From: Candidatus Aerophobota bacterium
GTDB lineage: Bacteria; Aerophobota; Aerophobia; Aerophobales; B3-G15
DNA length: 34,730 nt
Assembly (NCBI GenBank): GCA_021162265.1
Contig: JAGGZA010000035.1
Coordinates: forward strand, 1 to 34,730
Direction of reading: 5' to 3'
Shown: piece after piece, positions 1 to 9,083 of the stretch
Layout: every line of letters starts with the position of its first letter
Position numbering within the stretch: position 1 is the stretch's first letter
Notes under the pieces: model-generated
What the model saw: the letters and a program-made list of their open reading frames with translations, nothing else
Told to the model about the DNA's origin: nothing
Databases searched by the model: none
Program-made: the position numbers and the translations under genes

Positions 1-82
1 GTATTAGAATATAAGGAAGTGTCAACCCTTGAAACCTTTAAAAATTTTTTAATTAAAAGCCGGGTATGCTTGAGAATCTATT

Positions 83-1153
83 TTATAAAAAGGCTCTCAA
101 TCTCCTTATGGCTTTTATTTTCTCAGTCCTTCCCACTCTGGCCTCTTGTAGAGCTTTGTGAAGGAGGAGAATACTCTCCTTGTAGGTTTGTTTATCCACA
201 GGGTAGGGATGTCCATCTTTTCCTCCATAGGCGAAGCTATAGGTAGCAGGGTCTTTAAAGCTTGGTTTTGCTCCATAAATTAAGTCAGAGACAAGAGCAA
301 GAGCTCTTATTGTTTTTGCTCCCACTCCTTTAACTTCCAGAACTTCTTCAAAATTTTTGGGATTTCTTTTATGAATGCTCTGAAGTGTCTTTTCCAACCT
401 ATCAGGTCTTACTTTTTCAACAGAAAAACTATGAGAGGGAGGCATTTTTAAATTATTTATCCTTTTTAGCTCTTTAATTATTTTGTAGGGTTTTTCCCTG
501 GAAAGTTCTGTACAGGCCTGTCTTGCCTTTTCACTTTCTCTTGCTACCATATTTAATCCCTCTCCCTTCCAGTCAGAACATATGCCAGAGTGTGGTTCAC
601 ATACAAAACTTTCTACTTTATCACCTATCCAGTGGTAGCGTCGGGCGTACCTGGTTAATTCATTCATTCCCTGCTGTATCACTGCCCATCTTCCTGAGGA
701 AGTAAAGAAAAAACAATGGTGATAAAGCTGGAATCCATCCTGCAATCCCGCTGTATCTACCTTTGCTGACATTTTACTGGCATAGATAAGAGTGGCAGGA
801 TTAACCTGGGTTTTTTCTGACCACTGTGTTATCTCCAGGGGAGTGCGTAATGCAACTTTTCCCTTTCCCCCTGTTACAAAGAGCCCTATTTCCTCCTCTA
901 TTCCTCTAATTCCCTCTTTTATTGCTCCACATACAGTAGTTGTTAATCCTGAACTGTGCCAGTCAAATCCAAGAACACAGCCCAGAGCTTGAAACCACAG
1001 AGGGTCAGAAATTTTTCTCAAAATTTCCTCGGGTCCTGAATCAGAGACAATAGCTATTATTATCTCTCTTGATAAAAGCTTCATTTTTTCAAAAAGCCAG
1101 CGGGGAGACTTACCATAGTGAAGAGGAAGGTCGGTAATTCCTGTTCTTTGCAT
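83..1153 (-). CDS. DUF763-family protein with C-terminal helix-hairpin-helix motif; function unknown
   Basis: Intact 356-aa ORF. The N-terminal blocks DLPLHYGKSPRWLFEKM and GFDWHSSGLTTTV are what I recognise as the DUF763 (PF05559) signature. LEVKGVGAKTIRALAL fits the HhH pattern hxxhxGhGxxxAxxh. The start lies 2 nt after the stop of the upstream GT4 gene. Confidence 0.7.
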   Translation of the reverse strand: MQRTGITDLPLHYGKSPRWLFEKMKLLSREIIIAIVSDSGPEEILRKISDPLWFQALGCVLGFDWHSSGLTTTVCGAIKEGIRGIEEEIGLFVTGGKGKVALRTPLEITQWSEKTQVNPATLIYASKMSAKVDTAGLQDGFQLYHHCFFFTSSGRWAVIQQGMNELTRYARRYHWIGDKVESFVCEPHSGICSDWKGEGLNMVARESEKARQACTELSREKPYKIIKELKRINNLKMPPSHSFSVEKVRPDRLEKTLQSIHKRNPKNFEEVLEVKGVGAKTIRALALVSDLIYGAKPSFKDPATYSFAYGGKDGHPYPVDKQTYKESILLLHKALQEARVGRTEKIKAIRRLRAFL

Positions 1154-1155
1154 TT

Positions 1156-2391
1156 TTATACCAGCTTACTTAAATAATTTTTATATATAGATTCCCAGGA
1201 GTAATGCATAATTACTCTTTTTTGCATATAGAAAGTAGGCAAATTTCCAATGTAATTTAAAATTTTAGAAGCTACCCTGGATGGACTTTCTTCTGGGTCT
1301 ATTTTTAAAGCATAATCTTTAACTACTTCAGGAAGAGGTTCTATATTGGTGCATATAATAGGCATCCGTTTTGCTCCTGCTTCAAGGAGGGGTATACCAA
1401 ATCCTTCTTGAGAAGAGGTAATAAAGAGGGCATCACAGATAGAGTAAAGGTCCCTTATCTCTTTGCAATTCAGTTTTAAACTATAAGTGTCCTTCCAGTC
1501 AGAAAGGAATATTACATCTCTTTCCAGGTTAAGGTGTCTGCATAGCTCATGCAGATGCCTGAAATAATAAATTGCTTCAGGATTGTGAGGATCAGGTGGA
1601 GCGGTAATTATAAATTTGCATTTTTTACCTTTTTTGTTTATTTCCTTTACAACTTTTATCCCAAATTCGTAATTTTTCCGTTTGAGAATTCTTGAAGGGA
1701 AGAACATCACAAGCTCAGCTTCAAAAATACCTTTATCCCATGCAAATTCCCATATTGAGTTAGAAATATCAAGAAAAGATTTTAAATCTATACCCACCGG
1801 GATTACCTGAATAAGTTCGGGTTTCACAGAAAATATACTGGCAAGTTCTCTCTGGCGTAATTTAGAAATAGCTACGTAGTTTACCCTGGGGTTGAATTCA
1901 GATAGAATCTTCCAGGGATACTTATCTGATTCAGGTATGTCATTTTCATATGCAGAGTTAAGAAATGTAGAATCATGACACCACAGGTAAAATTTTATCT
2001 TGGGAGAAAATTTTTTTATTAAATCTTTTAATGCACAGGTAAAGGGAAGATTAAAATGCATTGTCATAACATTATGAATAATACATACATCTATATCTCT
2101 TAGCTCCTTTTCTATTTTGAGAAAAATATTTTCTTTTAGTCTGTTAAATCCTTCTGATAATTTTCCTTCCTTTATTTCTCTATCCAGGTTCTTATCAACA
2201 AGTGCAAGAGACCTTATCTCAGGTATTACTTTTACTTCAATTTCATCTTCCCTTTTTCCCTCACCGGTAATTATTTTTACCTTATGGCCATTTTTAGCCA
2301 GAATTTTAGCATGAGCCTGGATTACAGTTTCTACACCGCCAACCACAGGAGGATAGGTATAGTGAACTATAGCTATTTTTTTCTTTTTCAT
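1156..2391 (-). CDS. Family-4 (GT-B, retaining) glycosyltransferase; possibly MggA-like, acting on glucosyl-3-phosphoglycerate
   Basis: 411-aa ORF. The N-terminus KIAIVHYTYPPVVGGVETV is typical of GT4. The C-terminal SQEGFGIPLLEAG contains the E-x7-E motif. It lies 2 nt downstream of gpgS. Confidence 0.8.
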   Translation of the reverse strand: MKKKKIAIVHYTYPPVVGGVETVIQAHAKILAKNGHKVKIITGEGKREDEIEVKVIPEIRSLALVDKNLDREIKEGKLSEGFNRLKENIFLKIEKELRDIDVCIIHNVMTMHFNLPFTCALKDLIKKFSPKIKFYLWCHDSTFLNSAYENDIPESDKYPWKILSEFNPRVNYVAISKLRQRELASIFSVKPELIQVIPVGIDLKSFLDISNSIWEFAWDKGIFEAELVMFFPSRILKRKNYEFGIKVVKEINKKGKKCKFIITAPPDPHNPEAIYYFRHLHELCRHLNLERDVIFLSDWKDTYSLKLNCKEIRDLYSICDALFITSSQEGFGIPLLEAGAKRMPIICTNIEPLPEVVKDYALKIDPEESPSRVASKILNYIGNLPTFYMQKRVIMHYSWESIYKNYLSKLV

Positions 2392-2393
2392 CT

Positions 2394-3398
2394 CTATTCT
2401 GAAGTTTTTTGAAGGTAAAGACCTCTTTTTTTTCTGTATTCTTTTATCTCTATCATTGGTCTTCTTTCTGTAAGAACGAATTTTTCTTTTAAGAGAAAGA
2501 GCTCCTCTCCTTTGGCTCTTACAAGATAAAAGTAATTCTCAATTTTTTTATTTATTGAGATTATTCCCTGCTGTTGCAGACGCGTGAAAAAAGTATGAAG
2601 AATGACAAAAGACATTCTGCCAAGATCATCAAGGTTACGATTTCTGTGAATTCTTTTGTCAAGGTCTACCTGAGCGAGAGAAAAAAGGCCATATTGTTCA
2701 TATATATCAATCAAGAGCCCTATTTCCACGCCATATCCTACCCGGAAGGGAAGCTTTTCCAGAATTTCTCTTCTCCCTGCGTACTCGCCGGAAAGAGGTT
2801 GAAGAAATCCGGATAACTCTGGGTAAAAGTTTGAAAGAAGAGGACGAACAAGTATTTCAGTAACTCTTCCCCCTCCCGAGCGTCTAATTCTGCTACCTAT
2901 CTTTATAGGACGCTCATAAAATCCTTTTACATAACAAATATCATCAAATTCAAGTAAGGGACCTAAAAGACCATAGGCAAACTTGGGATGAATATTTTTA
3001 ATATCTGCATCTACCCAGAGAATTATATCACCTTCCAGAAGATAAAGACTTTTCCAGAGATTCTCTCCCTTTCCTCTTACGTATCCATACTGAGGAAGAC
3101 ACTCTGAGGCAAGATAGACTTTTGCTCCTGCTTCTTCTGCAATTTTCAGTGTATTATCAGTAGATCCACTGTCTATAACTGCTATTTCGTCTATAAGAGG
3201 GTAATTTATTTGAAGCTCATTTCTCATAACCTGAATTTCTTCTCCTATAGTCTCAGCTTCATTGAGAGTGGGAAAGGCAAGGCTTATCTTTAATTCTTTT
3301 TTTTCTTTTATATCCACAAGTCTTTTTATGTTGGAGAAACTGCTGTGGTGAAAAGTGTTTGTTTTAATCCAGCGATCTAAATTTTTTTGCCATTTCAA
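2394..3398 (-). CDS. gpgS: Glucosyl-3-phosphoglycerate synthase (GT81)
   Basis: 334 aa, block-for-block similar to characterised GpgS: PTLNEAETI, IDSGSTDNT, GKGENLWKS, GGGRVTEILVRPLL, LQPLSGEYAGRRE, GYGVEIGLLID, RIHRNRNLDDLGRMS. TTG start preceded by AAGGAGGTGA. Confidence 0.85.
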   Translation of the reverse strand: MKWQKNLDRWIKTNTFHHSSFSNIKRLVDIKEKKELKISLAFPTLNEAETIGEEIQVMRNELQINYPLIDEIAVIDSGSTDNTLKIAEEAGAKVYLASECLPQYGYVRGKGENLWKSLYLLEGDIILWVDADIKNIHPKFAYGLLGPLLEFDDICYVKGFYERPIKIGSRIRRSGGGRVTEILVRPLLSNFYPELSGFLQPLSGEYAGRREILEKLPFRVGYGVEIGLLIDIYEQYGLFSLAQVDLDKRIHRNRNLDDLGRMSFVILHTFFTRLQQQGIISINKKIENYFYLVRAKGEELFLLKEKFVLTERRPMIEIKEYRKKRGLYLQKTSE

Positions 3399-3435
3399 AA
3401 ATAATCACCTCCTTTTTTCTTTTTAGCTATGTTAT

Positions 3436-3464
3436 ATTATACGAAAATACTAAGCTATAGTCAA
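3436..3464 (-). promoter_or_regulatory. Sigma70-type promoter of the gpgS operon
   Basis: The minus strand reads TTGACT (3464-3459), a 17-nt spacer, then TATAAT (3441-3436), about 38 nt upstream of the gpgS start. Confidence 0.45.
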
Positions 3465-3478
3465 TTTTTAGGCGCTTC

Positions 3479-3506
3479 TTGACTTAAAAAGGGGTGGTTT
3501 TATAAT
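3479..3506 (+). promoter_or_regulatory. Sigma70-type promoter of tRNA-Pro (and probably the thioesterase gene)
   Basis: TTGACT (3479-3484), a 16-nt spacer, then TATAAT (3501-3506), 21 nt upstream of the tRNA 5' end. Confidence 0.5.
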
Positions 3507-3527
3507 TAATTTGTGTTTTAGTTAGTT

Positions 3528-3606
3528 CGGGGCGTAGCGCAGCTTGGTTTAGCGCGCTTGCTTTGGGAGCAAGAGGTCGTCGGTTCAAATCCGACCGCCC
3601 CGACCA
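3528..3606 (+). tRNA. tRNA-Pro (anticodon UGG), CCA encoded
   Basis: Hand-folded cloverleaf. Acceptor CGGGGCG/CGCCCCG, D stem GCGC/GCGC with an 11-nt loop, anticodon stem CTTGC/GCAAG with loop TT-TGG-GA. T stem GTCGG/CCGAC with loop TTCAAAT, discriminator A, then CCA at 3604-3606. Confidence 0.93.
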
Positions 3607-3637
3607 TAAAGCTAATATATCTATATTGCATATTAAA

Positions 3638-4114
3638 ATGGAGAAAAAAACACCAGCCGAGTCTCTTACTATTCTCTCTCAGGTGATGATGCCTTACCAC
3701 GCCAGTCATTATGGTAACGTGCATGGGGGCATAATAATGAAACTTGTAGATGAGGTTGCTTATGTTGCTGCTTCTCGTCATGCAAGGTGTAATGTAGTTA
3801 CAGCTTCTATAGACTCACTTGATTTTAAGCATCCTGTTCGTATAGGTGATGTTGTTACCTTGAGGGCAAAGCTCGTCTTTGTTGGTAAAACCAGTATGGA
3901 AGTTGAGGTCCATGTTGAAACTGAGAGGATAAAAACTGGAGAAACCCTGCCTGTAGCTACAGCTTACCTTACTATGGTTGCTCTTAATGAGGAAGGGCAC
4001 CCCACTCCTGTTCCCCAGCTAATCTTAGAAACAGAAGAGGAGAGGAAAAAGTATCAGGAAGCAAAACTTCGCCGTGAGAGAAAGCTTGAGAAGATAAAGA
4101 AAGTTTACCCTTGA
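3638..4114 (+). CDS. Acyl-CoA thioesterase (hotdog fold, YciA/BFIT-like)
   Basis: MMPYHASHYGNVHGGIIMKLVDEVAYVAA and SIDSLDFKHPVRIGDVV are typical of acyl-CoA thioester hydrolases. The start is moved to the ATG at 3638 because the ORF-track start (3563) lies inside the tRNA. Confidence 0.8.
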   Translation: MEKKTPAESLTILSQVMMPYHASHYGNVHGGIIMKLVDEVAYVAASRHARCNVVTASIDSLDFKHPVRIGDVVTLRAKLVFVGKTSMEVEVHVETERIKTGETLPVATAYLTMVALNEEGHPTPVPQLILETEEERKKYQEAKLRRERKLEKIKKVYP

Positions 4115-4136
4115 GTCTTCCTGACACAAAGATTAA

Positions 4137-5321
4137 CTAAAGTCTTGCTTCAAGAGCTATAGAGGGACCTGTTAGCAAAATGTTTTTTTTGGGATTGGGT
4201 GTCCACAGTTCCTCAATGCTTGAGAAAGGACTTTTATAGTGAAATAAAGCAGGGACAGGGATGTTTCGCCATAAGCTATAAAAATATCCAAAAGTTAAAG
4301 TTAAATTAGTAGAAAGGGCAAACTTAAGATAAGCTTCTCCTTCAAGAAGAGGAATGATAGTTGTGGAGCTTTGCCGGAAAGGAAAATCTCCCTTCCAATA
4401 AAAACTACCTGATTCAAATTCCCCACCAGATGTTTGAGGATAACCACTCCATACAGCATCATCAATATCTACAAAGAGAGCCTCTCTGTTTACAAAACCA
4501 ACCAGATAAGAACAGGAAGCTCTCACCCTTAAACTAATTCTCCTGGCAAGCCTGCGTTGACTTACAATTCCCAGGGAAGGTCCAATACCTGTTGTTTTTA
4601 CATTAGAGGTAACTTTTAAGTCGTAGTTATCATAATAATAGTAATCATCCCAGAAATCATACCAGGGTAAAGAATAATACCCTCCTTCCAGGTCTGATAT
4701 TTCAAATTCTCCATTAACCCTTTGTTTATCATTAAAAATAGCATTTACATATCGCAGTCCCCAGGTGATGTTAACTCCAGGTAGATTTGTTGCCCGCGAA
4801 AATAGGTAAAATGTTGTTAAAGAAAACTTCCTTGATGCATCGTATACTGTTGATACCCGGGAGGGATCAACCAAAAGATTTCCTTCCTCATCCCAGGAAT
4901 AGGAATAGCTGTAAAATTCTTCCCCCCACATGGTTAATGCAGGGGTGGAGAAAAAAAGCTGTTCCTCGCTCTCCCAAAGGCTTTCTCCTGGTAGCCTTCC
5001 TGAAACCGAACCATAGCCAGATGTCCACCAGCCACCTATATTTAAAGAAGGATTTCTCCCTAATGAGATCAGGACCAATGGTGTCAGCTCAAGTCTGGGA
5101 TTTACAGTTACTGCCTCGGATGAATATCCATAGTTAAAGTTAACGCCCTCCTCTCCATCCGTAAAATAAGGTTCATAATTTACTCCTGCAGAGCCTATGG
5201 TCTCATCTACCCCTGCTGTGCCCGGGAAAATAATGCCAAGCTCAATTTGCCTTGCTGTTACTTCTACGGTGAATAAGAGCGTGAATGCTACTACCATCAG
5301 GTTTGCTAATTTTAGTCTCAT
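4137..5321 (-). CDS. Secreted, aromatic-rich, beta-strand-rich protein; possible outer-membrane beta-barrel, no recognised family
   Basis: Start placed at MRLKLANLMVVAFTLLFTVEVTA, a signal-peptide-like N-terminus preceded by AAGGA. Alternating hydrophobic patterns occur (LTLTFGYFYSLW, ISLRVRASCSYLVGF). The protein is very rich in W/Y/F. The coding call is firm; the function is unknown. Confidence 0.6.
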   Translation of the reverse strand: MRLKLANLMVVAFTLLFTVEVTARQIELGIIFPGTAGVDETIGSAGVNYEPYFTDGEEGVNFNYGYSSEAVTVNPRLELTPLVLISLGRNPSLNIGGWWTSGYGSVSGRLPGESLWESEEQLFFSTPALTMWGEEFYSYSYSWDEEGNLLVDPSRVSTVYDASRKFSLTTFYLFSRATNLPGVNITWGLRYVNAIFNDKQRVNGEFEISDLEGGYYSLPWYDFWDDYYYYDNYDLKVTSNVKTTGIGPSLGIVSQRRLARRISLRVRASCSYLVGFVNREALFVDIDDAVWSGYPQTSGGEFESGSFYWKGDFPFRQSSTTIIPLLEGEAYLKFALSTNLTLTFGYFYSLWRNIPVPALFHYKSPFSSIEELWTPNPKKNILLTGPSIALEARL

Positions 5322-5343
5322 TTTTAATCCTTGCTTTTTTAAG

Positions 5344-5372
5344 ATTTTACAATTAATAAAACTTTTAGTCAA
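5344..5372 (-). promoter_or_regulatory. Sigma70-type promoter of the secreted-protein gene
   Basis: The minus strand reads TTGACT (5372-5367), a 17-nt spacer, then TAAAAT (5349-5344). This supports the 5321 start rather than 5372. Confidence 0.45.
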
Positions 5373-5376
5373 TTAT

Positions 5377-5404
5377 TTGACACTCCTCCTCTATATGGTA
5401 AAAT
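5377..5404 (+). promoter_or_regulatory. Sigma70-type promoter (extended -10) of the M20 peptidase/dut/ftsK operon
   Basis: TTGACA (5377-5382), a 16-nt spacer ending in TGG, then TAAAAT (5399-5404). Confidence 0.45.
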
Positions 5405-5428
5405 TCCCTTGAATGCAAGGTGGAAGCC

Positions 5429-6601
5429 ATGGAATCTCTGTCCTGGTTAAATGCTCTTTCGTCAAAAGTAAACGAGGAGGAAATGATTGAGCTTGCTCTG
5501 AAGCTCATTGAGAAAAATACTACCAATCCACCGGGAAATGAATGTCTGGTAAAAGATACAATAGTGGAATATCTTGGCAAGTTAGGAGCACGGATAGAAA
5601 TTCTTGAGTCTGCTCCTCAAAGATGTAATATTCTGGGATATATAGGAGAAGGACATCCTGTTGCTGCTATAATCTGTCACATGGATGTCGTACCTCCTGG
5701 TGACGGTTGGTATTCTGACCCTTTTTCACCTAAGGTGAAAGAAGGTAAAATATATGGCAGAGGAGCTGTGGATAATAAAGGCCCTTTTGCTGCAAGCTGG
5801 GCAGGGATAAAAGCTCTTCTTGATGCAGGTATTACTTTAAAGGGTACTGTAGTTCTGGGAGCAGTTGCCGATGAGGAAAGAGGTTCTTTTTATGGAATGC
5901 AATATCTTCTTAATAAAGGTTTTCATCCTGACTTCTGTGTGATTCCTGATGGAGGGAGCTTAAATCAGATAATCATAGGGGAAAAGGGGAGAATGGAGGT
6001 TTTTTTGAGTGCAAAGGGAAAATCAGCTCATGCCTCTCAACCCCATAAGGGTGATAATGCCATATACAGGATGGTTAACTATCTTAATCTTTTAAAAAAT
6101 TTTAATTTAAAAGGAGATTATCACCCGTTGTTTGACCCTCCTACCATAAACCTGGGTCAGATAAAAGGCGGAGAGGCTCCCAATATAGTTCCTGATAGGT
6201 GCTATGCAACTCTTGATATAAGGTATCCCTTGGGAATGGAAGAGAAAGACATAATAATTCAGCTTGAAGATCTTGCTTTAAGATGTGAGGGAGGAATTGA
6301 AATTAAAAAAAGGGATTTTTCCGTGAGACCGCATCTTCTTGATGTAAACCATCCCCTTGTTAAAGTATGCAAAGATTTAGCAAGAAGTTTTGGTATTTCC
6401 CTTCAGGCAGGCACTATGGGTGGCATTACCCTGGCTAAAAATCTTTATTTCAGGAAGATTCCTGCTATAGTACATTCTCCCACCATGCAGCCGGTGGCTC
6501 ATCAGGCTAATGAATATGTGGAGATTAAGAACCTTACAATTTGTGCTAAACTCTGGGCTGGAGTAATAGCAAGGCTTATAGGGGAATTAAATGAGAGATA
6601 G
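5429..6601 (+). CDS. M20-family metallopeptidase (ArgE/DapE-type deacylase)
   Basis: [25 protein letters not shown] and ADEERGS are M20 metal-binding and catalytic blocks. The ATG at 5429 follows AAGGTGGA; the GTG at 5420 is possible but has a poorer context. Confidence 0.85.
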   Translation: MESLSWLNALSSKVNEEEMIELALKLIEKNTTNPPGNECLVKDTIVEYLGKLGARIEILESAPQRCNILGYIGEGHPVAAIICHMDVVPPGDGWYSDPFSPKVKEGKIYGRGAVDNKGPFAASWAGIKALLDAGITLKGTVVLGAVADEERGSFYGMQYLLNKGFHPDFCVIPDGGSLNQIIIGEKGRMEVFLSAKGKSAHASQPHKGDNAIYRMVNYLNLLKNFNLKGDYHPLFDPPTINLGQIKGGEAPNIVPDRCYATLDIRYPLGMEEKDIIIQLEDLALRCEGGIEIKKRDFSVRPHLLDVNHPLVKVCKDLARSFGISLQAGTMGGITLAKNLYFRKIPAIVHSPTMQPVAHQANEYVEIKNLTICAKLWAGVIARLIGELNER

Positions 6602-7028
6602 AGTAGAGCTGGAAGTTGTAAGGCTTAAAAAAGATCTTCCTCTTCCTTCTTATATGAGCGAGGGAGCAGTTGGTATGGACCTTTATGCAGCGGAAAAGGT
6701 TCATCTTGCTCCAGGTCAGATAAAACTTGTTTCTACCGGAATAAAGGTAAAAATTCCATATGGTTACGAACTTCAGATAAGACCGAGAAGCGGTCTTGCC
6801 ACCCGGGGCATTGGAATACCTAATTCTCCTGGAACTGTTGATAATGATTATCGAGGAGAGATTAAAGTTTGCCTTATTAATTTTGGCAAAGACCCATTTA
6901 CAATAAATAAAGGAGATAGAATTGCTCAGGCAGTGGTATCACCAGTTGTTCGGGCGAAAATAAAATGTGTTGATTCTCTTAACTCTACTATTAGAGGCGA
7001 GGGGGGATTTGGTCATACAGGGAGGTGA
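6591..7028 (+). CDS. dut: dUTP diphosphatase
   Basis: All dUTPase motifs are present: [42 protein letters not shown]. It overlaps the M20 gene by 11 nt. Confidence 0.95.
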   Translation: MRDRVELEVVRLKKDLPLPSYMSEGAVGMDLYAAEKVHLAPGQIKLVSTGIKVKIPYGYELQIRPRSGLATRGIGIPNSPGTVDNDYRGEIKVCLINFGKDPFTINKGDRIAQAVVSPVVRAKIKCVDSLNSTIRGEGGFGHTGR

Positions 7029-7031
7029 GGT

Positions 7032-9083
7032 GTGACAAACAGGACTTCTGATAGGAAAATAAAAGATATTCTATGGGCTACCTTTCTGATTATAATTGGT
7101 TTATTTGTCCTTATCAGCCTTTTTTTTTATCACCCTGCAGTTTCTTCTTTTTTTACCTTTCCCCCTGAAATTTCTCCAGGAAATTATGTTGGCAGGGTAG
7201 GAGTTTTTGTTGCGACTTATCTTTTTCTGGGTCTGGGGATTCCTGCTTTTCTCCTGCCAGTTATTTTAATATGGTTTGGCGTGAAGAAAGCAAAGAGAGG
7301 ATATATAGAGGGTTTCTTGCTCAGAACAATAAGTTTGATATTAGGTTTTATAGCTCTATGCAGCCTTCTTTATTTTATCGGGATCGATCTCACCTCTCCC
7401 TGGTATGGAGGAGGTTTAACAGGATTTGTTTTTTCAAAGTTATTTACTTCATTTTTTGGAAAAATGGGAGGGTTAATTATAATATGCGGAATGTTGTTTG
7501 TTTCTTTGCTGCTTAATATAGATTTTTCCCTGATTATGAGAAAAAAGGAAATTAAAAAGAAGATATCCTCTCAAAAGAACCTTGTTTTAAGAAAAAATAC
7601 TGCTTCGGAGACCTCTTTTCTAAAGAAGAGCAGGAGGGAAGATTATCAACGGTTTTCTCCATCTGGATATAGGTTTCCCTCTACCGATTTGCTTGAGTTA
7701 CCTGATAAAAAGTATCTTTCCTCCAATGAGGTAGTCGAGGCGGGTAAGAAACTCCAGCAAACACTTAAGGATTTCGGAATAGACGTAGAAATAGAGGAGG
7801 TAAAAGAAGGACCTGCTATTACTCGTTATGAGGTTAAGCTTGCTCCCGGGATAAGAGTTAGCAGGTTAATGAATCTGTCAAGCGATCTTGCTCTTTCCCT
7901 CGCTGTTCCCAATGTCAGGATAGAGGTACCTGTGAGTGGAAAATCCCTGGTGGGAATTGAGGTTCCTAAAAAGAAGGTTAGATTTGTTTATTTACGTGAG
8001 CTTCTGGAGGAGGCAGGGTTTAGGGAAAAAAGAGGAAAACTTTTATTTCCTCTGGGTAGAGATATTGCTGGAGAGACAGTTTGGGTAAATCTGGAAACCC
8101 TGCCCCACCTCTTAATAGGGGGGTCAACCGGCTCCGGGAAAAGTGTGTGCATCAACTCAATTTTAATAAGTCTTCTTTATAGAGCTACACCTGAGGAGGT
8201 AAAATTCCTGCTTATAGACCCTAAAACAGTGGAGCTGGTTGATTATGCAGAGATTCCTCATTTAATATTTCCACCGGTAAAAGATTTTAAAACAGCTACG
8301 AAGGCTCTGGACTGGGTGGTGCAGGAAATGATGCAGCGTTACGAGGAATTTAACAGAGAGGGTGTTAGAAATATTACCGGGTTTAACCAGAATAAAACAG
8401 AAGAGGAAACCATGCCTTTTTTAGTGGTAGTTATTGATGAGCTTGCTGATCTTATGATGCTTGCTGGAGCCAGGTTAGAGAAGACTCTTTGTCGTATTGC
8501 TCAACTTGGAAGGGCGACAGGTATTCATCTTATTGTTGCAACCCAGAGACCCTCAGTTGACGTTATTACTGGCTTAATTAAAGCGAATTTTCCTTCAAGG
8601 ATTTCCTTTGCTGTTGCCTCGCAGGTTGACTCCAGAACCATTCTTGATACAACAGGGGCTGAGAAACTTGTTGGGAATGGTGATATGCTTTTTTCTCCTG
8701 TTGAAGCATCAAGACCTTTTAGAATCCAGGGAAGCTATATATCGCCTGAAGAAGTAAAAAGAGTTGTTGCTTTTATAAGACAGCAGGACAGACCCATATA
8801 CAAAGATATAATAGGTGAGATTGAAAGAGAAAGCGAAGATGAGGATAAGGAGCAGGATGAGCTTTTTAATGAAGCAAAGAGACTTGTTCTAACGACAGGA
8901 AGGGCATCTACCTCTTATCTTCAAAGAAGACTTGCCATTGGATACAACAGAGCTGCCAGGATTATGGAACAACTGGAGAAAGAGGGAGTAGTAGGACCTG
9001 CCAGAGGGAGCAAGCCAAGGGAAGTTCTTATTGAGAGAAAAACTATCCAGGAAAAAAGAGGTAGCAAGGATGAATTTAGCTAA
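7032..9083 (+). CDS. ftsK: DNA translocase FtsK/SpoIIIE
   Basis: N-terminal multi-pass membrane domain. Walker A GGSTGSGKSV, Walker B VVVIDELADLMM, ATQRPSVDVITG, and a C-terminal gamma wHTH (STSYLQRRLAIGYNRAARIMEQLE). GTG start after GGAGGTGAGG. Confidence 0.95.
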   Translation: MTNRTSDRKIKDILWATFLIIIGLFVLISLFFYHPAVSSFFTFPPEISPGNYVGRVGVFVATYLFLGLGIPAFLLPVILIWFGVKKAKRGYIEGFLLRTISLILGFIALCSLLYFIGIDLTSPWYGGGLTGFVFSKLFTSFFGKMGGLIIICGMLFVSLLLNIDFSLIMRKKEIKKKISSQKNLVLRKNTASETSFLKKSRREDYQRFSPSGYRFPSTDLLELPDKKYLSSNEVVEAGKKLQQTLKDFGIDVEIEEVKEGPAITRYEVKLAPGIRVSRLMNLSSDLALSLAVPNVRIEVPVSGKSLVGIEVPKKKVRFVYLRELLEEAGFREKRGKLLFPLGRDIAGETVWVNLETLPHLLIGGSTGSGKSVCINSILISLLYRATPEEVKFLLIDPKTVELVDYAEIPHLIFPPVKDFKTATKALDWVVQEMMQRYEEFNREGVRNITGFNQNKTEEETMPFLVVVIDELADLMMLAGARLEKTLCRIAQLGRATGIHLIVATQRPSVDVITGLIKANFPSRISFAVASQVDSRTILDTTGAEKLVGNGDMLFSPVEASRPFRIQGSYISPEEVKRVVAFIRQQDRPIYKDIIGEIERESEDEDKEQDELFNEAKRLVLTTGRASTSYLQRRLAIGYNRAARIMEQLEKEGVVGPARGSKPREVLIERKTIQEKRGSKDEFS

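Noticed and set aside
3518-3781. 87-aa minus-strand ORF and the 3563-3637 N-terminal extension of the plus-strand thioesterase ORF
   Set aside because: Both read through the tRNA-Pro gene (3528-3606). The thioesterase has a proper ATG at 3638, and the minus-strand ORF is antisense to the tRNA and the thioesterase.
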